64,000 bases of DNA from assembly GCF_001194135.2 (NCBI RefSeq), contig NC_068984.1, forward strand, positions 38,263,510 to 38,327,509, in the 5' to 3' direction. Both the position numbers and the translations under genes were made by a program. Within the stretch, counting starts at the first letter, position 1. The number at the start of each line of letters is the position of its first letter. The stretch comes from Octopus bimaculoides (lineage: Eukaryota). Below, piece after piece: positions 51,440 to 64,000 of the stretch. Below the pieces are notes generated by a model. That model was not told the DNA's origin, ran no database searches, and was given only the letters and a program-made list of their open reading frames with translations.

Positions 51440-51735
51440 CTTGCGCTCCGTCAGTTATGATGAGGAGTGTTCCTGATCATGAAATTAATGTGCAAGTGGT
51501 TGAACACTCCACAAACATGTGTGCCCTTAATGTAATTCTCAGAGAGATTCAGTGTGACATAGAATGTGACAAGACTGACTCTTTGAATTACAAGTACAAC
51601 TCGTATTTGCCGGCTGAGTGAACCAGAACAACATGAAATTGTCTTGCTCAAGGACACAATGTACCATCAAGAATTGAACTCACAATCTTGTGGTTATGAG
51701 GCAAATACCATAATCACTAAGCCATGTGCCTTCAC
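51440..51735 (-). mobile_element. tRNA-derived SINE (gttgtgtccttgagcaagac family)
   Basis: Homologous to 13412-13690. Confidence 0.7.
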
Positions 51736-52244
51736 TGACTTACATCTATAGATACAATTGCTGTTAAGTATATTTGAGATTGTTCTATTTCTTATGTTAC
51801 GCTTCTATTATAATTTTTAAAAAAAAGAAAAAGAGGAGAAAAATATTTCAAGTTTGTATATTAAGTATAACTAGAAGCTAGGCAGTAGAAGACCTTTTTA
51901 TTTTCTCAGAGCAGAGAATGGTTTAGTTGAAACATCTTAAGGTAAAAAATTCAACTCCGATCGCGTAGACCTATGATTGAAGTTATTCCAGTTGTGACTA
52001 TACAGTGTTTTTCAACAGAAACATCAAAGGCTACATTATTTAATGTGTCCTTTTCTTATACTAAAATTTGTGATTTGAGGGAAATTTGGCTGCTCTTTTT
52101 AGTAGATTCAACATTCATATAGAAGCTTCTGTCATGGCTTATATGTAAAGAGATTATACTTAAGTGGTAGGACATTTATATTACTAAGGTTGTTAATATT
52201 TATCCTATGTTAATCCTGACTCTGATCAACCTACTTTTTTTGGT

Positions 52245-52772
52245 TACATGTTAATCCTAACTGTGACCAACCTATTTTTTTTGTTAATCCTAACTGTGAC
52301 CAACCTACTTTTTTTGTTAATTCTGACTGTGACCAACTTACTTTTTTTGTTAATTCTAACTGTGACCAACCTACTTTTTTTGTTAATCCTAACTGTGACC
52401 AACCTATTTTTTTTGTTAATCCTAACTGTGACCAACCTACTTTTTTTGTTAATCCTAACTGACCAACCTACTTTTTTTGTTAATCCTAACTGTGACCAAC
52501 CTACTTTTTTTGTTAATCCTAACTGTGACCAACCTACTTTTTTTGTTAATCCTAACTGNNNNNNNNNNCTACTTTTTTTGTTAATCCTAACTGTGACCAA
52601 CCTATTTTTTTTGTTAATCCTAACTGTGACCAACCTACTTTTTTTGTTAATCCTAACTGACCAACCTACTTTTTTTGTTAATCCTAACTGTGACCAACCT
52701 ACTTTTTTTGTTAATCCTAACTGTGACCAACCTACTTTTTTTGTTAATCCTAACTGTGACCAACCTACTTTT
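52245..52772. repeat. 33-bp minisatellite, about 16 units as assembled, with a 10-N gap
   Basis: Unit ctactttttttgttaatcctaactgtgaccaac repeated head-to-tail with no spacers. Confidence 0.95.
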
Positions 52773-54063
52773 GTTTTGTATATTTGTGGTAATATTGTCC
52801 AATGTAGTATTTTTAAGACCATCGTATGTGATCTGAGATTTGGCTGTTATTTTTATTTCTAGTGTGGAGTTTTTTGTTACCTCACCCAAGCAACCATGCA
52901 ATGGCTCCCTCTTTATGTAATTATATCTTGTTGAGTAATCCAGATTAATAGTTGGGTAAATAATGTGAATGAGAAAGTTTGGTGTTTTTTTAGCTAGAAG
53001 CGTGTTTTTAACTTGTTCAGAATGGCTGAAGATGTTATGGAAATTCATAAACTGTTATTTATAATGATTTCTACTACTTCTTCACTTTCTCTTTAGTTTT
53101 CTCCTCCTTTGCCTTTTTTTTTTTTTTTTGCTCTTGTAATTATTATTACAGCAGTATACATATTATAACTGATGACTATTGCAGCATTTTCACTGTTGTA
53201 AAAATCTATCATGTAGGTCACCCAGCAGGCGATTGAAATAGGTTTTAGGTTAATGGGTTCTCAAAGGTGGTGGTGGCATTTAGTTATGTTCATTTGTGTA
53301 CTAAGTTCAAATCTCACTTCAGTTGATTTTGCTTTCATCCTTTCAGCATTAATAAAATAAAGTACGAGTCAAGTATTGAGGTCAATCTGTCTGTTCCTGT
53401 GCAATATTTCTGGTCTTTTAAGTTAGAAATCATCATTATAAAATCTAGGAAAAACTGTCCAGAGAACCATTACTCTGTAAATTGGTTGGAATTGGGAAGG
53501 GCATCCAGCCATAGGAACCATGCCAAAGCTGACATTGGAACTTGGCATAATCATCTGGTTTGCTACCCCTTATTGAACTGCCCAACCCATGCCAGCATAG
53601 GAAGCAGATGTTGAATGGTGATGATATGTGTATGTATAACTTCATCTTTTTTCTTTGTGTGTGTGTGTGTGTGTGTTTATAGGACATGCTGCCCATTCTA
53701 TTAAAGAAACATCCAAACATATGAAATGGTGCAATATTTAATGAAAATGAAAACAAAATATTAGTGAAATAACTTTAAAACATTTATTAGAAACACTAAA
53801 AGTTCTAAATTAGAGAAATATTTTTTGTTACATTATAAACAATATTTTCTGAATTTTTTTAGTGTTCTAATTGTCAAAACAGTGATAATCAATGTAAATT
53901 AGACTGGTAGGCAGAAATAACAAAGAATCTAAGTTTAAAAATGGAGACAAGAATTTGGGGAAGAGGTTACTACAGTGAATGAAAGTTGTAGAAAGTGAAC
54001 TGTGGGTTTTGAGCAATGGTTGTACTCAAAATGAACAATAAAAGGTGTTTTTAAAAGATTTAT

Positions 54064-54420
54064 TCATCATCATCATCATCGTTTAACGTCCACTTTCCAT
54101 GCTAGCATGGGTTGGATGATTTGACTGAGGACTGGTGAAACCCGAAGGCTAGAGTTTCTACAGCTGGATGCCCTTCTAAACAACAACCACTCTGAGAGTG
54201 TAGTAGGTGCTTTGACGTGTCACCGGCACGAAGGCCAGTCAGGCGATACTGGCAACGGCCACGCTTAAAATGGTGTATTTTATGTGCCACCCGCACGAGA
54301 GCCAGTCCAGGGGCACTGGCAGTGATCTCGCTCGAAAGTCCTTATGTATGCCACGGGCACAAGTGCCAGAAAGGCGATGCTGGGCACAGGTGCCATCCCG
54401 ATTTCGCTTTCGTTTGCCCC
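54064..54420 (-). mobile_element. RTE-clade LINE 3' UTR/tail
   Basis: (cat)n-cgtttaacgtccactttccatgctagcatgggttgga... same family as 17607-17831, with a longer stretch of 3' UTR. Confidence 0.75.
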
Positions 54421-56634
54421 AATAAGTCTTTGCAAGTTGAGTTTCATGTTCAAAGATTTTTTGTATTTGACTGATCCAAAAGATAGTTTAGAGTTTTGGT
54501 TACATATCTAGAAATACTTGGAAAAGCATCATTTTATACACACATACACACACTTATAAGTCAGTTGAGTGGTATAATTGGATAACTGGCAGAGCATTAA
54601 ACCAAATTGGCCTGCAACAGTTATGTGCTTCCCCTTTGTACTGAGTTTAAATTCTTTTGGAGTGAACTTTTCTTTCATTACGTTGGAATCAGTAAAATAT
54701 AAGTACCACCAATTTGTGGCCTTGTTCCTAATTTAGAAATCATTGTTATAAAATAGAGGGCAGTGGTTGGCAGAAATAGTAGAGTGCAAGATAAAAACAG
54801 TTAGTACAATCTTATGTTCATCACCAGGGTAATCTTTTCTTTTCTTCTAGTATCAATTAAGTAAACACTAGTCAAGTACTGGGATCAATCACGTTAAGTG
54901 CTCTACCTTCATGTGTTTTTTGTAGATAGATTAGAAATAAAACTGAGGTAGTAATGAAGAAAGGTGTTGTATTTAGTTATATTTCCTTACATTCTAAGTT
55001 ATAATACTGCCAAGATTTATTTTGCTTTCATCTTTCTGCAGCCAGTAAAGCACCAGTTCAATACCTGTGTTAGAAAATATTATTATAAGGATGGTTGAGT
55101 GTTAAAATTGATAGATCTGTATCGATATTTAGTTACCTCACTTGACAGTCTGAGTTCTTTCATATTTTTTCCTGTGTTGATAAAACCAGTACCAGTCAAG
55201 TGAATGACTGTGCTTTGCCTCAAAATTTGTGAATTACAGTCAGTGTAAGAGATCATTCAACTATCTGATGAATTCTTTGTGGAGATTTCTTCTGTGGCCC
55301 TCTTTTGGTTAAGAAGGATTGACAGTTTTCTTCTGTCTGCTAACATTAGTTACATAGTGGACATGACTGAAAAATATAAGGAGAGAGATTTTTCTCTTCA
55401 TTCAAGCCTTCATCAACTTTTTAACATTCTACTTGGAGAGGAGGGATATTGTAGTAAATATATTAAAAGATGAGTGAGAGTAGTAGGCATGGCTTGAGTG
55501 AATGAACCTACAATCATCATGTGTGCTTGTTGGCTGGAAACTGATAGCTGGGAAAGGGCAATGTGGTCTTGGATCCATGAAGTTTCTTTGTGGACCCTAG
55601 GTAACCTATTTTCTGAGTTCAAATCTGAGGTAATTTTTATCTTTCACTGTTCTGGGGTCAAGAAAATAAAATATCAGTGAAAATACTGGGGATGATTTAA
55701 TTAAATTGCCTTTCCCATTCCCTCTTCAGAAAAATTTCTGGCATTATGTTGCCTATGTTAGAGATCATTATTATTAAACAGAGACTTACTGTTAGCACAG
55801 CAATCTTTCTTTGTGTTTATTGATCAACATGACAATATTTAGCTTGTGCCTTACTCTGTTCTGGTTTCCTCTTGCATAAAATACACATTTACTTTGGGTA
55901 GGTTCTAAGTGCTAAAACAATCCCTAAAGAAAATAGAAACCCACTGCTAAGTTGACTGAGCCAAATGTATTTTAACAGAATACATAGACTGTAGAATCTG
56001 ATTTTGTCTAGCTACTGTAAAACCTACTCTTGAGAAGTAATTTTCTATGTAGCATTTTTCCTTTTTTTTTTTCCTCCTAAAGCCCATTGCTATTACTGAT
56101 TCCATTCCAATGCCTTGCTTCCTTCTACTAACAGACATTACTTCAAGGTTGGATCATTTCTTTTAATCCTTTAATCCTTAAATAATCTTCAGCAATTCCA
56201 GATTGAGGTTTGGGCTTAGTGTATTCACCCCACTCTCTTTCTCTCTCCACTTTTACCTCCATCTCTTCCTATTTGTATTCCATCTCCAACTCTTTTCTTT
56301 CCCCCTTTTTTCAATATCCATGCTCCTTTCTCTCAGGTTTCTCTCTTCTTTGTTCTTTGTCATTCTGTCTCTCTCTCTTAGCCTTTCATTCCCCCTTTTC
56401 ATTTTATCCTTCTTCCCCCATTGGAATACAGTACTGCAGTTCTGGTTGACTTTGTAAAACATTCAAAATTTTCTTGCTACCTCTGCCTTCACCTCATTTT
56501 CATCCCCCTTCTGCTGCTGTTCCCTTTTCTTTTTTTCTAGTTGTCTTTTTTCTTCAATGAGGACATATTAAAAAATCAAATGTACCTAAATATTATTAAA
56601 CTATAAAAAAAGTTATGAAATATTTTTGCCTAGT

Positions 56635-56995
56635 ATAGGTGCAGGTGTGGCTGTATGGTAAGAAGCTTGCTTCCCAACCACATGGTCTCAGGTTCAGTCC
56701 CATTACGTGACACCTTGGGCAAGTGTCTTCTATTATATGAAAACTAAAACAAGTCCGTCGTGTCTCTATATTTATGTGTGCGTATCTTTGTGTTTGTGCT
56801 TTTCCCCTACCACTGCTTGACAGCTAGTGTTGGTGTGTTAACATCCCTGTAACTTTGCGGTTTGGCAAAAAAGGCCAATAGAATCGGTTCCAGGCTTTAA
56901 AGAAATATGTCCTGGGATTGATTTGTTTGATTAAAACACCTCAAAGCAGTGTCCCAGCATAGCCGCAGTGAAAAGTGACTGAACCAAGTAAAAAA
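56635..56995 (+). mobile_element. CORE-like SINE, type A
   Basis: aggtgcaggtgtggctgtatggtaag...ggttcagtccc...accttgggcaagtgtcttc...; tail gtgactgaaccaagtaaaa. Confidence 0.8.
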
Positions 56996-57358
56996 CAAGA
57001 GCACTCAGTGAGCGCAAACCTCTGCCAAGGCAACACCAACGTCCTCTCAACGATTAGCCAGAGATGACTTTTAAAATGAGAATATCTGAAATAGAGTCGA
57101 CTGCTCTCACAAACGAGAATACTAAAAATGAACCTGACCACTCTCAAAAATTAAGTAAAAAACGGAAAAATAATCCAGAATCCCTGTCTGGTACCGGATC
57201 GAGCCCAAAATCTAATCGGTTTGTGCCAATCATGAGGCCAAACATCTCAGAAAATTTCATCCGAATCCATCCAGCAGTTCTTGAGATCTTGTCCACGGAC
57301 AAACAAACAAACACAACTCAAAACAATACCTCTGCCTTCGCTAAGGCAGAGGTAATAA
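56990..57358 (+). mobile_element. Non-autonomous element resembling Helentron-associated (HINE/DINE-1-like) repeats
   Basis: Subterminal acctctgcc at the 5' end inverted relative to the 3' end, a (caaa)n microsatellite, a perfect 12-bp terminal hairpin tacctctgcctt-cgct-aaggcagaggta (57327-57354), and retained CpGs. Confidence 0.5.
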
Positions 57359-58466
57359 GAGTATAGACACAGGCTTGGCTGAGTAGTTAGGAAATTCCTT
57401 TAACGATTCAGTTCCACTATTTAGCACCTTGAGCAACTGTCTTGTATTATAGCACTAGGCTAACTAATGCATTGTAAATGAATTTGATGGATGGAAACTA
57501 TGTAAAAGCTTGTTTCGTGTGTATGTACATCTTTGTTTTTGTATCCCCCCCCCCCAAACTGACAACTCACTTTCCCAAGGTGCCATGCAGGGCGACTGAA
57601 CCCTAAAGCAATGTGATTGGAAAGCAAACTTCTTAATCACACAATCATCCTGAACTACTTATGTTTAATAAAAAATAACTTATTTACTTAACTTTTAACA
57701 TCAACACCTTCAAAATGGTCAGGGTTTAATCACAGCTTCACATACCTGTAAGGCCTTGTTCAAAAATGTGGGTGGGGTGGATTCTGGCATGCAGAAGCAG
57801 TCAGAATGCCTACTGTGTTCCTTCCTGCTGGCCACAGCTTCATAGTCTGTTACAGCTGTTGATGTCACATCTTACAGCCTTTACAGATTCACTAAGCATT
57901 GAGCAGCAGTTATGAGGTTGGTATTTTGATATCTGATATGAACCATCATGACATAGATAACTCTTTTCCAATATTCAGATGGCTTCCAGTCTGCCATGCC
58001 AGCTAACTTTTTTTCAACTACAACTTTGCTCATGCTCTGTAATGTAGTTGACTTTTCACTAATACATCGAGCTCTTCCTGAAAAATGGAGACCTAGAAGA
58101 TCATCAAATTTATCTCAGATACCTTGTGTATGTGTTTGTCTCTGTGTCTTGATATGTGATAGTTGTAAATGAATGTCATTGTCATACAAGCAGTGTCATT
58201 CATTTCAAATGTCTTGCAAAAACATACCAGGCCATAGGGAAATTTTATCTTGCTTGGAAGCAGATAAGGATTGGTGACAGAATGGACATTGAGGCATTGA
58301 AAATCTTTTTCAATAAATTCCATCCAACCCATATAAGCATGAGAAAGTGGACATTAAAACGATGATGATAGTACATATATTTGGATGTGTGTGCTTATAT
58401 GTGTGTGTATACACACACATACATATATACACACCTTGTTCTCAGTCTTATGTTTTTCCTCACTCC

Positions 58467-58509
<43 letters not shown>

Positions 58510-58879
58510 ATGCACTCGCGCGCACGCACCTACTACTACTAAAGAGTTAATATAAGGAGCTACTTAATTTGTTGATTATTTTCTCTCTGCCACACCCTAT
58601 ACTCTCATCCTCCCTTTATAGTTTATTATATTCCCCCTTAATGAAGTCAGTGCTGAACTAACTGAATGGTTGACTAATGTGATTATACAAAACTGAACAG
58701 CATCCCAATCTAGGGGTTCATTGTGGGTTGGCAAGATTGTTGGTTGTATGTTCTTGTCATGGAAAATCAATCTGGTTAAAAAGCAAAGGGTGTTTCTTTC
58801 TATTTTTCCTACACTCTCCCCTTTTCTGTAGTTCAACATTTTAGCTCATCATGATCATTAAGATACCAATACCATGATT

Positions 58880-59560
58880 CTGCTACCACCACCATCAGCA
58901 ATAATAAACTTTTGTTAACACTGTTACTACTGATCTCTTCACCATCTGGTTCTCTCCATCCTATTTCTGAAAAGAGTTTCAAAATTTATCTCGTCATTAT
59001 AATTATCATGGTTACTGTCACAATCAGCTTCATCATTGTTGTAACCACTCCCTCTATAGTTTTACTACCACTGCCTCTACCACCACCACCACCACCATCT
59101 TTATCATCATCATATTAACAGGACCAGCCTTCTAGTTTGTTACTACTTTTGCCATCATCATTATCATATGGGAAAACCACACCTATAGTGTATTACCCTT
59201 TGCACTATTACAAAACTACCCTTCTAGTTTATTAGTACTACTATCACCATTACCAATTCCATCATCATCACTTGACAATGCCACCCTCTACCTTGTTAGT
59301 GCTATTGTTGTCACCACCACTACTGTCAACACTGACATAACCATCCCTCTAGTGTATTACCACCATCCACCCACACACACACACACAGATGCACCCTCCT
59401 GCTGGTCTCTTTACCCTTTCCTGTTATTTACCAGCCTTATATGTCCGTCATTGTCATTGTATTCATCATCACAGCCACAGCAGTTTCTCCTCTCTGTCTC
59501 TAGTTAATTCCAACACTACTTGTTTTTCTACCTCTTTCTGTAATTACTGGGTGGTAGTAA
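58880..59560. repeat. Degenerate (CAC/CAT/TAC)-rich low-complexity region
   Basis: Runs of accaccacc, atcatcat and tactact. Confidence 0.7.
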
Positions 59561-61527
59561 CAACGGTGGTGATACAAATGGGCCTCTAATACTAGAGTGA
59601 ACAACCTTTTTAGTACCAGCAGATTGCATGTGCATAATAACTTGTGTGGAAGTTGGGAAGTGCTCAGAAAAATAATGAATCTTTTAATTTTACAAATTCA
59701 GAATATGCAATTTGTTAAAATTATGACTGTTTTGGTCTTAATGTTTATTTACTTGTTTTTTTTTTTTTAAATCTTTTTTAATGAAATTTTAGAAACCTCA
59801 TCAGTGAACGGTTTCAGATTTGTCTGCAGACAAGAAAGTCCATGCCTCTGCTCTAGATGGTTGCTCAACTGATTAGAAATAGTAGCCAAATTCTTTAAAT
59901 TACACTTTACCATTTTAAAAATAGAAGAACACTTCAAGCAATGTAGTTTTTAGATATAGAAGAAAAAAAAAATGCGATGGGATGATCATGACTGGAATGC
60001 ATTTGATTTTAAATATGCTCAATTAAGTCTCACCTGTGGTTAAACAACCACTGCTGCTGCCAAAAATCAATTATTGTTCCCCACCGCAATCAATTCCTCC
60101 TCCCTCATTGTTATGTGGTAATTGTCATCATAATCACCAGCATCACTGTCATCATCACCTCCACCACATTACTAAGTGTATTATTTAATATTGCCATCAG
60201 TAGTAGATTAAGATAATACTAATAAAACCTCCAGCATAATATTGCCACTATACTTTCTCCTCTTTCTTTTCTACTTCTCTCGCCTTTTCTCCTCTCTTAG
60301 TTTCCCTTTCACTTCTCTCTCTCCTTAATCAGTTAAAAAAAAAGAAAAAAAAGAAACAAAAGGGAAAATGTGAAACTTGCTTTTGGGTTTCTTTTCCATT
60401 ATATATANNNNNNNNNNNNNNNNNNNNNNNNNNNNNNNNNNNNNNNNNNNNNNNNNNNNNNNNNNNNNNNNNNNNNNNNNNNNNNNNNNNNNNNNNNNNN
60501 NNNNNNNNNNNNNNNNNNNNNNNNNNNNNNNNNNNNTAAAAATAATAAAAAAAACCTGAAGGAAAGACAATTTCACTGTTTTTGTGTGTGTGTGTTTTTT
60601 TTTCTATATTCAATAATGAGATTTCTCATCTTGATTTTTATCCCATCAATTGTCTGTCTGTTTGTATTAAACTTTTCTTCCAGATTGTTTAAAAATGTTA
60701 TTGATTTATTTGTTTTTTTTTATTATTTTATCGTCTGATTCCATTCATATTTATTTATTTATTGGAAAATAAAAACAAACAAGCAAAACCGAAAGAAAAC
60801 TTCTTTATAAGTGACCTTTATTTGAGACCAGCTTTAATTACCTCTTCCTACTATTCTCCTCCCGCCCCCACTGCTTTTCATTATCTTTCTATCTTTCCCT
60901 TTTCTCTCTATTTCTCATTCTCTGAATTTCATATATCCTTCTTACTCTTCACTCCATATTTTTCCAATCTCTGCCTTCACCGTCTGTCTCCCTACTTATC
61001 TCCCTTTCCTTTCAATCGTGCTTTCTCTTCATTTATCTTTCATCTTTCTCTTTTTTACTCTCTTTCCTCTCTCCCTTTCTTTTCTCACTATCTTCCCCTC
61101 TCTCTCTCTCTTTTCACTCATTCTCAGTCCTTCCTCCTCACTCTATCATTCCTTAACATCTTCCTCCCTACAATTCCTATCTCTTTTCCCTCACTCCCTA
61201 TCATTCCTGTTTCTCTATTCCTCTTTCCTGTCTTTCTCTCTTACTCTCCCCCCCTCACACTCCCTATTTTTACCCAGCTCTATCTACTCCCATTATCTTT
61301 ACCATATCTCTCTTCATTCTCTATATATTTATGCAGCATACACTTACATATAAACATAATATCATATACATTGTGACACCCCAAAACACACTACACATGC
61401 ATTCATATACTCACAAACATATCTGTTTTCTAACTTTCTAATCTTCCTTTTCTCAGATTGTATTGTCCATCTTTTCATACTTTTTCTTTCTCATCTGTTT
61501 TTCTTCCTGTTTCCCCATTTCTCTCTT

Positions 61528-61589
<62 letters not shown>

Positions 61590-64000
61590 ACCCCAACCTC
61601 TTTCGTTATATTTCCATCTGTCACTTATTTTCTCCTTTCTCACTCTCCCCACCTTGTTCTTTTACCATTGGCAACAAAAAGGACTGGACTATATACCAGT
61701 CTATTGTAATTTCCAGCTATTTGAGGAATATTTTATTCATTCATTTTTTCGTAAACTTGAGTAAACAATCAAAATAAATGTATATGTGGTGTGTTGCTAG
61801 ATAGATACTGAGAAAATAAAAACAAAAATATTAAAGAAAATGACCAAATAAATTATACTGACTTCTAGAATTTCTACATTTTTTTTTCCTTGTCTTCCAC
61901 CCCACTTCATTCTAAAATTGACCTGATTCATCAGCTGCAACCTCAGTTTGCGATTAGTACAAAAGTGTTTCAAGTTGAGAAAGGTTATATGAGGTCATGT
62001 CTGATCTAAAGATATAATAACAGTGCCCAGTCTATTTTTTGTCTGGGTCAATTTGAAACCCTCTCTAATAGGCACAGCATTTCTTAGAACAAGACAGATT
62101 TTATAGATGCATATGTATGTGTGTGTGTGTATGTATTGAATATCAGTTTTATTCCAAGTGTGTTACATGTGTATCTAATTAGAGATAGTTTTCGTAATGA
62201 ATATGCTTATAATATTGTACATTTGTATGTGAGTGCGAAAGAGAGTTAGAATATACTTATGTGCATACAGCTATTTGTCTTTTGCTCATTTCTGTATAGA
62301 ACAATTGTGACTGTCTTTCACGGTTTATGTTAATACTGTATGCTGTATATAAGGTAGCCAGGAGAGGAAGGCCAGTGCACATGACCTTCATTATTGCATA
62401 TATGTTCATTGTTGCATATGCATACATGGATAGGTATGCACATATATGCATGTACACATGTACAAACACACATAAGTGACCAAAAAGCTATAAGATTTAG
62501 AATCCTAATTATTATTTTGTTGTATTCTATGCTGATTTAAATAAATTAAAAAAATATATTGTGAGCTGACGTTGTCTGTCCTTTGCTGCATTATACACCC
62601 ATGTCCCCAACATAGCTACCATTTCCAGAGACAAAATTGGAAACCTTCAACTATGAAGAATTTGAGGAGCCACTTGTCTAGTCTTACAGTTAACTGAAAT
62701 GTCATCAAACCTCTTTCCTTGCAGCTTCATTCTGATATTTAGGGAACTGAAAAAGAATCTGATGGGGTAAGGTCAGTGAAATTTAATGGCATGGAATGTG
62801 ATGTGTGTTTGTGTGCACACATACACTCCAAAGATTTGATGACATTTTAACGATGACAATTTGTTGATGTCATTTAAGTAGGGAAGAAAAATTTGACATG
62901 TTTAAAATGTTGGGTGGAGGTAACTGTTTGAATTAATAATGTGCATAACATATCAAGACTAAATATAATCTCATGTTTGCTCTCCATATGTTGTAAATAC
63001 TTTTCTTGTTTATTGTTTTAGCAGCCGTTAATGTCCTTTTTTTTAACATTATTTTGTTGTAGGAATTTCTGGTATTAAACTTTGTGGGAAAGCTGAAATT
63101 TTAATGTGGATTAACCTATAATAAAAATTGCTGCAGTGGAGAAATAAATATTTAATGTTAATTATTATTTAACATTTGGACATTAATGACTAGCATATTT
63201 GTATTAAGGCCATGAAAAGTGATGCAAATGGATATTCTGGCAGAACTCATGGAACTTGCAGAGCATCCATCAAAAATATTTGGCTGTATTTAGATATGTC
63301 CCTTTACAATTTGAGTTCAGATCCTGCTGGGCTCAACATTGTTTTTTATTCTTTCCAGGATTGATAAAATAAGTACTGGTCAAGTGTTGGACATGATATA
63401 ACTTACTCCAGAATTTGTGGCCATGTACTTATGTTAGAAATCCTTATATTTTAAAATTCCATTGCTATTATAATAATGGTATTGTATAAATGTAATAGTT
63501 AACCTAGTTATTAATATCATGCTTCTTCTTGATGTCAAGAGGATAAATAATGCATTTTTGCACGTTATGAAGGTTTCATATCATTTTTGCACGTTATGAA
63601 GGTTTCATATCATCCTTCCTTCTCTTATTCCACCTCTTCCAACATCCACTTGGCTTATGCATGAAAGCCTATATTGGTCCAGTTTAATTCCTTCCTCTAT
63701 CCATTTCACTGGTCACTCCATGATATATATCTCTCATCTATCATAAACATCTCATCTCATCATCTATGTTCCTTACTTCTTTACTCTCATCTCCCTAGCT
63801 GATCCCATCCATCACGATCCTCTATCACTTTTTCTTTCAGTGACTCTCTCTGGATCTTTGCTACCCTCATCTATTTTCTCTTTTCTTCTCTTATACCTTC
63901 TGTCCCTACTCACCTTTATAATGTGAGATAACTCTGGAACCTCTCTACACAACCCACATCATCATCTTTACCACTCTGTCCTTCCATTTCTTGCTAACAC

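Noticed and set aside
52244-52862. CRISPR array or repetitive proteins (LLILTVTNLLF / VRINKKSRLVT repeats)
   Set aside because: Units abut with no unique spacers, there are no cas genes, and the context is an animal intron; the ORFs result from the 33-bp period.
62725-62766. Candidate exon 3 ending at gg|gtaagg (RELKKNLM in one frame)
   Set aside because: The required phase-0 frame hits TAG; the faintly similar peptide is in another frame.

Overview
AT-rich, repeat-dense animal genomic scaffold with eight N-gaps. The SINE/LINE families look cephalopod (Octopus-like) to me; that is inference from recalled repeat sequences, not a database hit. One host gene is supported: the 5' end of an amphiphysin/BIN1-type N-BAR gene on the + strand. 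Coding exon 1 (3144-3224, MAESHHSKGGAGILAKAQKRLVRTKAK) splices in phase 0 across a ~41.6 kb intron to exon 2 (44808-44888, VLQNLGKAARTTDQTFDEYVSNFNKQQ). I could not find exon 3 in the window. A CpG-retaining island (~2.4-6.1 kb) covers the promoter. The rest is intronic: RTE-clade LINE copies carrying a PHD finger inside ORF2, CR1-like and L2/Crack-like LINE fragments, a decayed HERO-like element, a CCHC-knuckle ORF1 remnant next to a Ty3/Gypsy gag-protease remnant, several tRNA-derived SINE families (one sharing the RTE 3' tail), TTAA- and TA-flanked MITEs, a Helentron-associated-like element, a 33-bp minisatellite and many microsatellites. There is no CRISPR array, operon or prokaryotic system, and I found no convincing new biological system. 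The best leads are the PHD-in-RT LINE, a perfect 22-bp intronic hairpin, a 560-bp-period direct-repeat element and a possible divergent first exon. Most entries in the ORF track are artefacts of gaps, low complexity or repeats.
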